DNA of 64,000 bases from Candidatus Poseidoniaceae archaeon. Its GTDB lineage: Archaea; Thermoplasmatota; Poseidoniia; Poseidoniales; Poseidoniaceae. The stretch lies in assembly GCA_949373095.1 (NCBI GenBank), contig CASIBY010000007.1, positions 20,087 through 84,086 of the forward strand, in the 5' to 3' direction. The position numbers and the translations under genes are program-made. A model generated the notes under the pieces. It saw only the letters and a program-made list of their open reading frames with translations, was not told where the DNA came from and made no database searches. Positions within the stretch are counted from its first letter, which is position 1. Each line of letters begins with the position of its first letter. Positions 29,583-38,697 of this stretch are shown piece by piece.

Positions 29583-30317
29583 ATGAACGGAACCGGCTTA
29601 GTGCTTACAATCGGTGAGACATCGGAGCATGTTAACACCTCACTTCAATTTTATTCACCTGACAAACTCATATTGTTGACAAGTGAAAAATTCGCATCCA
29701 AGACACGTAGGAGACTGAGTCACTGGAAGAAACAATTCAATCTTGAAGGGGAGGTCTTTGTGATTGAGGATTTATTCGGCAAGGATGCTGCTTACCATAT
29801 CATGGATAAAACATTCAAAGCGATTCATTCTCTTCATGATCAAGAATACAAACCGGTACTTGTGGGGATTACTGGGGGAACAATGCACATGGCGGCGGCG
29901 GTCTCGACTGCCGCAAATATTTCCTATGCACCTGTATTTTATGTCAAACAACCAAGTGGTACGGAAGTTGTCCAACCCAACAAAGATGTAATTGAAATGC
30001 CAACTCTGACAGCCTTCAACAAGATTATGTTAATGCCAACTGAAGCACTTCAGTTGTTTTCAAGAGTTGCGGAAGCAGTGGCAGAGGGAGAAGATGTGAA
30101 CCTTTCTTTATCAGATGCAAAAGATATCAACATGCCAGTAGAATTTTTGGACCACCTGACTGAGATCCGTGTTATGGAGAAGTTAAGCAAAACTGAATAT
30201 GTGTTCACAAATGCAGGGTCAGTAATTGTTCAGATCATTGCAAAAAACCCAAACATCGCCAAGATGCTGGAGTCTAAAAAGAAGAAAAGCGAGGCACCAG
30301 ACCATTTGTATGCCTGA
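29583..30317 (+). CDS. Standalone CARF-like (Csa3/DUF1887-like) Rossmann domain protein with possible C-terminal wHTH
   Basis: LTIGETSE, PDKLILLTS, VGITGG and PVFYV pattern; start could also be 29547. Confidence 0.55.
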   Translation: MNGTGLVLTIGETSEHVNTSLQFYSPDKLILLTSEKFASKTRRRLSHWKKQFNLEGEVFVIEDLFGKDAAYHIMDKTFKAIHSLHDQEYKPVLVGITGGTMHMAAAVSTAANISYAPVFYVKQPSGTEVVQPNKDVIEMPTLTAFNKIMLMPTEALQLFSRVAEAVAEGEDVNLSLSDAKDINMPVEFLDHLTEIRVMEKLSKTEYVFTNAGSVIVQIIAKNPNIAKMLESKKKKSEAPDHLYA

Positions 30318-30340
30318 TATCGACTTGCCGAGGGATTCTA

Positions 30341-30901
30341 ATGCATATTTTGTACTCATTTCGTCGTTGCCCATATGCCATGCGAGCCCGTATGGCCATT
30401 GTGCGCACAGAATTTGAGGTTGAACATCGAGAAGTGATTCTCCGTGACCGCCCTGCGCATATGATGGACATTTCTCCAAAAGGAACTGTTCCCGTATTGC
30501 AACTAGCAGACGGTACCGTCATTGAAGAGAGCCTCGAAATCATGCAACACGTGTTGAACTGGACCCTCAGCTCGCACGAAAAAGAATGGATTGACCGAAA
30601 TGATAACGAGTTCAAATTCCACCTTGACCGCTACAAATATCCCAACCGCTACGAAGATGTTGACGAGATTGAGCATCGTGAAGCGGCTTGTTCGTTCATT
30701 AAATCGTTGGAGGCAGAACTCCCATCTGGCCATCTAAGCGACGCCATTTTTCCATTTATTCGTCAATTCGCCAATCATGACCGCGATTGGTTTGACAACC
30801 AGCCATGGCCAAAGGTTCACACTTGGCTTTCTCAGCAACTTAGTTCAGAGGAATTCGGCATGTGCATGAAGAAGCACAAACAATGGATGCCGAGTGAATG
30901 A
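30341..30901 (+). CDS. Glutathione S-transferase family protein
   Basis: YSFRRCPYAMRAR, SPKGTVPVL, ESLEIM and FPFIRQFA. Confidence 0.9.
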   Translation: MHILYSFRRCPYAMRARMAIVRTEFEVEHREVILRDRPAHMMDISPKGTVPVLQLADGTVIEESLEIMQHVLNWTLSSHEKEWIDRNDNEFKFHLDRYKYPNRYEDVDEIEHREAACSFIKSLEAELPSGHLSDAIFPFIRQFANHDRDWFDNQPWPKVHTWLSQQLSSEEFGMCMKKHKQWMPSE

Positions 30902-30960
30902 CGGCAGACCCGGTTAATCCCTCACAGATATTCAAATAATCCAATTGGACGGGCTCAAAC

Positions 30961-32536
30961 ATGATCGAAGAGGAATCGCTGTCCAATAGCGCCCTCGATG
31001 ATGTAAAAGAGCCCACTGATCTACGAGAATTGTATGAAGAAAAGCCTCTCTTCAAGGGGTTAAAGGATTACAAAGGAGAGTTATTGTTTGGCTCAACCTT
31101 GCTGATCTTGCTCTATCGGTGGAATCTCCAACCGGTCAATGTTATCCTCATCGTTATGCTTGTATTTTGGAGTAGTATCCGGCTTCTTTCAACTACCAAA
31201 CTTTTTTCATCAAACACTGAACTTTCAGGAAAGAGTTCTAGGATTCGAAGTGCCAAAATAACCGGGTTATTGCTTTCTGTAATCCTAACCTTCCTCATCA
31301 TTTCATCCCTTATTTTCCTCAATGTATCACCCCAAACTGGAGGTGATCCTGTTATGTTTGATTCTCAGAACTTTGAGGAAGGCGCCTTCCAAAATTTGGA
31401 AGAATTTAGTGATGGAAATTCATCTTGGTGGGGTACACTTGGCGAATATATGGTAAGTGATTCAAAACGAGCACCAACCACAGTCCTTCCCACAAAAGAA
31501 TACCAGTCCCTTGAACCCAATGGTGGGGAAATTAGCATCACTTGGTTCGGGCACTCAACCATCCTGATCGAAACCGCGAATGTCACCATCATTACCGACC
31601 CTTTGTTTGGTGAGGACAACACTGACCCGTTGTTCTTCGGACCATCTCCGTTTCCGTATCAACACTCATACAGTCTGAGTGAATTACCTAAAATCGATTA
31701 TGTTTTCATATCCCATGACCACTATGACCACCTTGACATGGACACTATCACAGAACTTCAGTGATTCCACCTTCTATGTCCCATCTCGGCGTCAAAGCAC
31801 ACCTCTTGCGATGGGGTGTTGACTGATGGCCAGCGTCAGTGAGATGAGATTGGTACGAGGAGGCGACCAGTACCGAACGAATTCCAAGTGGCACTCACGC
31901 CGGCGCAGCACTTTAGCGGCCGAGGTTTGGGCAACATGGACACGACGTTGTGGGGTTCATGGGTGTTCCAACTTCACAACAAGTCCACTTTGTACTTCAG
32001 CGGAGACACTGGATACACCGAGGAATTCACAGTCATTGGCGAGCGATACGGGCCCTTCGACCTATCGCGTTCCTATTGAATCGGGCCAGTACGACCCTGC
32101 ATGGAAAGACGTCCATATGTTCCCGGAAGAGGCCATCCAGGCAGCTCATTGACCTCAATGCCCGATCAGTACTCCCCATTCATAATTCAAAATTCGAATT
32201 GGCCCTTCATCCTTGGGACGAGCCCCTTCGAACTCGTCTACATCGAAAGGGGCAAGGAACAACACCTCACCGTCACAACACCGATGATCGGAGAGACCGT
32301 TTCTTCTCAACCAACCCCACCCAGAGTGAACCATGGTGGCGCAAGGGCGTCTCGATAGGAGACGCCATCCTTTTTGAAAACCAATCCCCTGGTGGGTGAT
32401 TGCCCTAGCGCCTCTCAACCTCGTTGGAATCGTATGGATTGATCGCAGGACGCCAAGCGAAACGAAACAATGGACGATGCTGAAGAATGACCCGCATTTG
32501 GCGGAACATTCGTTCAAGAACTTCTGCGGTTCGTAG
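30961..32536 (+). pseudogene. Membrane-anchored MBL-fold hydrolase (RomA/NAPE-PLD-like) with multiple frameshifts, probably sequence errors
   Basis: WFGHST and SHDHYDHLD in the first frame; PAQHFSGR, YFSGDTGY, HMFPEEA and PIHNSKF are spread over other frames; end approximate. Confidence 0.7.
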
Positions 32537-32610
32537 AGCGGCTTGAGACCCGGTGACGAACAGGGACTACAAACGTTCCTTAGGTATTACAGCCGAACAT
32601 CATGAAGCGG

Positions 32611-32930
32611 TCAGTCCCATATGCCCATGTCCATTTTGGCATCTTCGCTCGCATGTATTTTAGGGTCCCAGCGCGGCGTCCAAACCAAGATTGATGTGGA
32701 CGGAATCAAGACCATTGGTGGAAAGTGCAGCACGATGAGCTGCCGCCATGATCTCGGGGGCGGCAGGGCAACCTGGAGAGGTAAGCGTGAGGTCGACTTC
32801 AGCGTGAGTGCCTTCCTCTTTTTCTTCTAAATCGAACATCGTAAACCAAACCAAGTTCAACAATCGACAAATCCAGTTCGGGGTCTTCCACTTCATCCAG
32901 TTGCTCAATCACTTCTTCCTTGGTCACCAT
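32611..32930 (-). CDS. sufT: SufT/DUF59 Fe-S assembly factor (frameshifted in this sequence)
   Basis: MVTKEEVIEQLDEVEDPE, NLVW and DLTLTSPGCP occur in different frames. Confidence 0.75.
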
Positions 32931-32932
32931 CG

Positions 32933-33349
32933 TTAATCCCCTCTGTTTTGACGTAGGTCGGTCATCACTTTATCATACATGTTGCGAAACCCATTGGACC
33001 GACTCGGCGTAAGGGTATTGAGCAGGCCCATCTCTTCAGCAAAAGTTGGTGGAATGAGTACGGCCTGTGCCGGCGTAAGACCATCGAGTGCAATGGTAAG
33101 AATTCCCATCAAACCTTGGACCATGCGAGCATCAGATGAAGAAAGAAATTGAATACGCCCCTCGGTGATTCCAATCCTGACATGAGCTTCGGATTGACAT
33201 CCTCTTATCCGTGTTTCATCATCCCACTGGTCTTGAGGTAATTCCACGACTTCATCGGCCAATTCAAACAACATCTCGAGACGTTCACGTTTATCGTCAA
33301 TTGCCTGAAACTCTTCAACCAGTTCTTGAAGCGCTTCTGGATACGTCAT
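32933..33349 (-). CDS. sufE: SufE sulfur acceptor
   Basis: IRGCQS, SDARMVQG and LTPSRSNGF. Confidence 0.9.
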   Translation of the reverse strand: MTYPEALQELVEEFQAIDDKRERLEMLFELADEVVELPQDQWDDETRIRGCQSEAHVRIGITEGRIQFLSSSDARMVQGLMGILTIALDGLTPAQAVLIPPTFAEEMGLLNTLTPSRSNGFRNMYDKVMTDLRQNRGD

Positions 33350-34537
33350 GCAAATTTCTCCACAATGCCTCGTAATTCATCAACAAGGGCTTCGGCTTCT
33401 TCCCTTGTGTTGTAAACGTAGAATGATGCACGAACAGTACCAGAGATTCCAAGGCGGTGAAGCAGAGGTTGGGCGCAATGATGTCCGGTTCGTACGGCAA
33501 AACCTCGTGCATCGAGAAGATGGGCCATATCTTCGCTGTTGATGGTTGGGTGTAGGAACGACACAACCGCAGCATCGTGTTCTCCATGCCGCCCGTAAAC
33601 ACTCATTCCAAGCCCCCGTCAATTGTTCGGCAACCCAAGAAGCAATTGCAATCAACCGTGAATGTTCTTTGTCCAAGTCAAACGATTCCATCCATTCAAG
33701 CGCAGCAGTCCATCCGACGGCTTCAGCGATTCGGGGTGTTCCGGCCTCAAACTTGTGCTCATTGGTTTGGTAGGTCGAACCTTCAATGGTCACGGTTTCA
33801 ATCATATCACCACCTCCCATGAACGGCTCCATTTCATCAAAAGCAGATTGTGTGACCAGTAATGCACCAATTCCGGTTGGCCCACACATTTTATGCGCTG
33901 AAAAAGCCATGAAATCAGCACCAAATGCTTGGAAATCTACGGTGGAATGTGGGAGTCCCTGAGCAGCATCAATGAGAACACGGGCACCAACTGCTCGAGA
34001 TTTCTCAATGATTTCTTCAAGTGGATTTCGGACACCAAGAACGTTGGAGGTGTGAACAACACAAACCAATGCTGCTCCGTCTAATGCATGGTCGAACGCT
34101 TCCATGTCCAGAGTAAAATCCTGTGACACTGGAACATAACGCAACTCGACCCCTCGTTCCTCGGCGAGCATTTGCCACGGAACTATGTCAGAATGGTGTT
34201 CCATTTCAGTAAGAACAATCACATCGCCAGATGTCAATTTAGCTCTCCCCCAAGAATGTGCAACCAGGTTGATTGCCTCGGTAGTTCCACTGGTGAGAAT
34301 TGCTCTGTCTGCATTGTAGCGTTGTTTGAGTTTACTGCGGCATGACTCGTATCCTTCGGTTGCTTCACCCGCAAGGGTGTGGACTGAACGGTGAACATTT
34401 GCATTCGATTTAGAATAGTAATCGTTCATAGCGTCAAGAACAACCTGGGGCTTTTGTGTGGTAGCAGCATTGTCAAGGTAAACCAACGGGTGTCCGTTGA
34501 CCATGCGTTGCAAAATAGGGAACTGATCACGGAGCAT
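33346..34537 (-). CDS. sufS: Cysteine desulfurase SufS (one frameshift near 33615)
   Basis: YLDNAATTQKP, SAHKMCGPTG and EAGTP; catalytic RTGHHCAQP lies in the shifted frame. Confidence 0.9.
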
Positions 34538-34541
34538 CGCT

Positions 34542-35582
34542 TCACCTCATCAATTCACATTCTAAGTGTACGGTGAGTCGGGTGCGCATTTCGTCAACAA
34601 GTGCCTTGGACTTAAGCGCCGAAAAACCGTCTTGCATGAAGCCTTCAATAATCAGTGCTGTTGCTTCATCGGCTCCAAGTCCCCGACTCATGAGGTAATG
34701 CATTTGTTCCAGGTTGACGGGAGAACTTGCAGCTCCGTGATTTGCAGAGACTTCGTCGGCTAAAACTTCCAATTCAGGAATGGCTTCTGCTCGTGAGCGT
34801 TCGGAGAGTAAGAGATTCTTGAAGACTTGACTAGCGTCAGATTGGTTCGCTGCCTTGGCGATGGTCAACAATCCAGTTGAGATTGAATGACTCTCATCGT
34901 TGCATGCAGCGTGGATGTGAAGGTTAGAATTTGTATGGCCAACGTCGTGATGAATCTCAATGTGATGGTCAACATGGCGTTGGTCATGACCGTGGATTGA
35001 AATGGCTTGAGTCAAACTCCCACCTGCAGCCATCAATCTGGTGCGTAGATCGTTCTTACAGCGGAACCCTCCGATAGAGAGCGAAGCCATTTCGATAGTT
35101 GCATCTCGTTGAACGGTCCAGTCCTCGCAACGAAGCAGTTTGGAATTTGCTGATAGTTCGTTAATGAATCCAATTGCTACGCGAACGTTATTCTTAACAG
35201 ACCCCGTGATGTGAAGCCCCGCCCATTCAGCTTCTCCAGATAGATGGAGGATAACAGTGACATCCTTGTCACAATCAATGTGAAGATGGCCTACGGAGAC
35301 ATGGCCAGAGGCAACAGCACGAATATGAACAACAGGCAATGTGCCGTCAGTAGAGAGCGAGACGCCTGTCTGACCAAGTTCACTCAAGAAGACACGGGCA
35401 ATGTCGCCGTCTGTCATGACTCGGGGCATGCCGTCGGTGAGAACACCTCCGTCATCAATTTCCCAACGGAAAGGGACTGCATTTGGTATGGTTTCAACGG
35501 TTGAAGGGTGAATCCTTTTCCAGGGAGTGTATCTCCACAAATGGTTAGCCCTTGAGGGAAGTTCCATCTTGGAGTACTTCAT
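34542..35582 (-). CDS. sufD: SufD
   Basis: [25 protein letters not shown] and YLMSRG. Confidence 0.88.
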   Translation of the reverse strand: MKYSKMELPSRANHLWRYTPWKRIHPSTVETIPNAVPFRWEIDDGGVLTDGMPRVMTDGDIARVFLSELGQTGVSLSTDGTLPVVHIRAVASGHVSVGHLHIDCDKDVTVILHLSGEAEWAGLHITGSVKNNVRVAIGFINELSANSKLLRCEDWTVQRDATIEMASLSIGGFRCKNDLRTRLMAAGGSLTQAISIHGHDQRHVDHHIEIHHDVGHTNSNLHIHAACNDESHSISTGLLTIAKAANQSDASQVFKNLLLSERSRAEAIPELEVLADEVSANHGAASSPVNLEQMHYLMSRGLGADEATALIIEGFMQDGFSALKSKALVDEMRTRLTVHLECELMR

Positions 35583-36985
35583 CCAATCGAACCCTCCATT
35601 TCCAATTCCAGGAGTTTGTTGAGTTCAACTGCGTATTCCATCGGCAACTCTCGAGTAAAGGGTTCAAAGAATCCATTGACGATAAGGCCCATTGCTTGCT
35701 CTTCCGTAAATCCGCGACTCATCAAGTAGAACAACTGGTCCCCTGAGACCTTTGAGACACTCGCTTCGTGCTCGAGGTCGGCCGTAGGATTTCCGACTTC
35801 CATGGTAGGATAGGTGTCGGAGCGTGATTCGCTGTCCAGCATCAAAGCGTCACAAACGATCTTTGAGCGGCATCCGTGAGATTTTGGAGTGACCTGCAGC
35901 ATACCGCGGTAAGAAGAACGTCCTCCGTTCTTAGAGATAGATTTCGACAGAATATTCGACGTAGTATTAGGCGCAAGATGGTGGACTTTAGCCCCAGCAT
36001 CTTGATGTTGACCTTTACCTGCGTAGGCGACAGATATCACTTCGGCGTGGGCACCCTCGCCTTTCAGGAGAACTGAGGGGTACTTCATCGTCAATTTGGA
36101 ACCAATGTTTCCGTCAACCCATTCGATGGTTGCGCCCTCATAAGCGACACCTCGCTTAGTAACGAGATTAAACACGTTAGCAGACCAATTTTGGATGGTT
36201 GAATAGCGAATTTTAGCTCCCTTCATAGCAATGAGTTCAACAACTGCAGAATGCAATGAATCCGTTGAGTATGTCGGCGCTGTGCAACCTTCGACATAGT
36301 GGATACTGCTGTCTTCGTCTGCGATAATCAGTGTTCGCTCAAACTGCCCCATGTTTTTAGCATTGATTCTGAAATAAGCTTGGACGGGCATTTCAACATG
36401 TACGCCCTTTGGAACGTAAATGAATGAACCTCCTGACCAAACAGCCGTGTTCAGAGCTGAGAATTTATTATCGGTGTGGGGCACGATGGTCCCAAAGTAT
36501 TTCTTGACGATTTCAGGGAATTTCTTCAATCCACTGTCCATGTCAAGGAAAAGTACACCTTGCACTTCAAGATCTTCTCTGATGGAATGGTAAACGGCTT
36601 CCGATTCATATTGAGCCGTTACTCCGCCGAGCCACTTCTGTTCAGCCTCTGGAATCCCCAAGCGATTGAATGTGTTCTTGATGTCTTCCGGAACATCATC
36701 CCAATCGTTCTTGGTAGCGTCAGACGAGCGCAAGAAGTAAGTGACGTTATCAAAATTAATTTGGTTGAGCGAGTGACAGTTGCCCCAATCCGGCATTGGC
36801 CGTTCAATAAAGTGATTATAGGCCTTTACACGGAGGTCCGTCATCCATTTCGGTTCGTCTTTGAGTGCAGAGATATCCCTCACTACTTGTTCAGACAGTC
36901 CTTTATCAAAACGAATGGTTGCGTTCTCTGGGTCGTGGAATCCAAATCGGTAATCACCGACTGCATCATTTGCATCTTCATTCAT
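35579..36985 (-). CDS. sufB: SufB
   Basis: [28 protein letters not shown] and LEMEGSIG. Confidence 0.95.
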   Translation of the reverse strand: MNEDANDAVGDYRFGFHDPENATIRFDKGLSEQVVRDISALKDEPKWMTDLRVKAYNHFIERPMPDWGNCHSLNQINFDNVTYFLRSSDATKNDWDDVPEDIKNTFNRLGIPEAEQKWLGGVTAQYESEAVYHSIREDLEVQGVLFLDMDSGLKKFPEIVKKYFGTIVPHTDNKFSALNTAVWSGGSFIYVPKGVHVEMPVQAYFRINAKNMGQFERTLIIADEDSSIHYVEGCTAPTYSTDSLHSAVVELIAMKGAKIRYSTIQNWSANVFNLVTKRGVAYEGATIEWVDGNIGSKLTMKYPSVLLKGEGAHAEVISVAYAGKGQHQDAGAKVHHLAPNTTSNILSKSISKNGGRSSYRGMLQVTPKSHGCRSKIVCDALMLDSESRSDTYPTMEVGNPTADLEHEASVSKVSGDQLFYLMSRGFTEEQAMGLIVNGFFEPFTRELPMEYAVELNKLLELEMEGSIG

Positions 36986-36987
36986 AT

Positions 36988-37743
36988 TTAGGCCTCCGGT
37001 ACAGCATCAATCCAATCGTAGCCCTTATCTTCCAACTCGAGGGCCAAATCTGGGCCACCAGTCATCAGAATCTGACCGTCGATCATAACGTGAACATAGG
37101 TTGGCTTGACATGGTCAAGAAGTCGTTGATAGTGGGTAATGATAAGACACCCTGCATGGGGTGCCACTTGGTTGATTCCCTTTGCAACAATTCGCAAAGC
37201 ATCGATGTCAAGCCCTGAATCTGTCTCGTCCAATAGGGCGAGTTTAGGATTCAGCATTAGCATTTGGAGGACTTCCAAACGCTTCTTTTCCCCTCCGCTA
37301 AAGCCGTCGTTAACATACCGTGACAGGACTGATTTGTCCATATCAAGAGTTTTCATGGCTTCATTGAGTTCTTTTCTAAAGGCTCGGCCTTTGATGGGCT
37401 CGTCCCGCACGGATTGTACAGACTTCTTCAAGAATGTCCCAACCTGAACCCCAGGGATTACCACTGGATATTGGAAGGATAGAAACATTCCAGCACGAGC
37501 TCGTTCAAAGACTGCAAGATCCTCAAGAGGTTGTCCCATGTAGTAAATTGAGCCTTCGGTAATTTCGTAGGCTGGATGGCCCATGAGGACGCTTGCTAGC
37601 GTCGATTTGCCGGCACCATTACGGCCCATAATCACATGGATTTCACCCTTGTGAATGGTAAGACTTAGCCCCTTAATAATGGGGGTTCCATCAACACTCA
37701 CATGAAGATTTTCAATACGTAAAATCGCGTCCACTTCATTCAC
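36988..37743 (-). CDS. sufC: SufC ATPase
   Basis: [28 protein letters not shown] and ITHYQRLL. Confidence 0.95.
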   Translation of the reverse strand: MNEVDAILRIENLHVSVDGTPIIKGLSLTIHKGEIHVIMGRNGAGKSTLASVLMGHPAYEITEGSIYYMGQPLEDLAVFERARAGMFLSFQYPVVIPGVQVGTFLKKSVQSVRDEPIKGRAFRKELNEAMKTLDMDKSVLSRYVNDGFSGGEKKRLEVLQMLMLNPKLALLDETDSGLDIDALRIVAKGINQVAPHAGCLIITHYQRLLDHVKPTYVHVMIDGQILMTGGPDLALELEDKGYDWIDAVPEA

Positions 37744-37823
37744 ACCCGTTACTACGCTCCCGTCCCTCCCTTATGAAGGGATGTTGTGGGTCATATACCC
37801 GACCGGAATTACCGGTGCGAATA

Positions 37824-37882
37824 GTGGATTGAATACAATTCAATTCCACATTAAGATTCGTCAGATTTTGAGTACAACTCAT
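37824..37882. promoter_or_regulatory. Two related palindromic operator-like sites upstream of sufC
   Basis: TTGAAT-ACA-ATTCAA (37829-37843) and TTGAGT-ACA-ACTCAT (37868-37882). Confidence 0.55.
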
Positions 37883-37884
37883 GT

Positions 37885-38004
37885 TCATTCTTCTTTAGTT
37901 TCGTTCTTGTGTTCTAATAGTTTTTTCTCGTACTCTTCCTTACTGAGACCGTGCCACCCTTTGCACATTCCAGTAGGCGACCGTCCACATCCACATTTGC
38001 CCAT
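37885..38004 (-). CDS. Unannotated CDGSH-like 3Cys-1His microprotein (39 aa; 42 aa if started at 38013)
   Basis: MGKCGCGRSPTGMCKGWHGLSKEEYEKKLLEHKNETKEE; AGGAGG RBS 10 nt upstream of ATG 38004. Confidence 0.75.
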   Translation of the reverse strand: MGKCGCGRSPTGMCKGWHGLSKEEYEKKLLEHKNETKEE

Positions 38005-38183
38005 GTTCTTCATTCCTCCTTGCCTTTCTCAGCAATGGGGATTATTAAATATAAGAGGTTTTACTAAAGAAACCATAGTATCACGGACGAAACCACCTTT
38101 GCTCCATTAATTCATTTGAGTTCACCTCCAAACGAAGGGTTCCCCAGACGAGAGTTGATATCCAACCGCTCGCACCTTGTGGC

Positions 38184-38636
38184 ATGGATGATGACTTAGT
38201 GGCGAAATATGCTGCTGAGGCAAAGGCAGCGATGGATGCAGAATCTCAACGCCGAATCGCAGAAACAACGAACCCTGAAGAGGAAGAACGGTTGCAAAAC
38301 ATGTCCATCTTTGACCTCATTGAATCCGAATACCTCATTCCCGCATTGCTCTCCCGCCTGGGTACCGTACGAGCTGCTTTGGACGGGCACGGTGGAGGTA
38401 TTGCCGTAACTCGGCATGCGAAATCCGAAAAAGGTCTTGACATCGTGTTGGACCTCACCGGAGCGTGCCTCTCTTGCGGGGCCGCACCAGGTACGCTGGA
38501 GGGAGTCAAAACAGACCTTGAAGGAGATCCTGAAATCCATTCGATTAAGTTCTCCTCTGCCCTTCTTGATACATTTGATGAACTCGGAAGAGAGTTCATT
38601 TTAGCACATGGAAAAGTAGAATTCGTTGACGCTTAA
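38184..38636 (+). CDS. NifU-C/NfuA-type Fe-S carrier
   Basis: VRAALDGHGGGI and LTGACLSCG (CxxC); divergent from the suf operon. Confidence 0.85.
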   Translation: MDDDLVAKYAAEAKAAMDAESQRRIAETTNPEEEERLQNMSIFDLIESEYLIPALLSRLGTVRAALDGHGGGIAVTRHAKSEKGLDIVLDLTGACLSCGAAPGTLEGVKTDLEGDPEIHSIKFSSALLDTFDELGREFILAHGKVEFVDA

Positions 38637-38697
38637 ACAGAGTGAACACAACCCATCCCAGCCGAGGCTTTGATAATTCAAGCCCCGAGGGTCGGGC

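Noticed and set aside
33600-33625. Programmed frameshift in sufS
   Set aside because: It lies in a zone with many indels in neighbouring genes; removing one base restores LRGLGMSVYG, so error is more parsimonious.
37781-38110. 109-aa plus-strand ORF in the suf-nfu gap
   Set aside because: No motif or RBS; it is antisense to the better-supported CDGSH-like microprotein.
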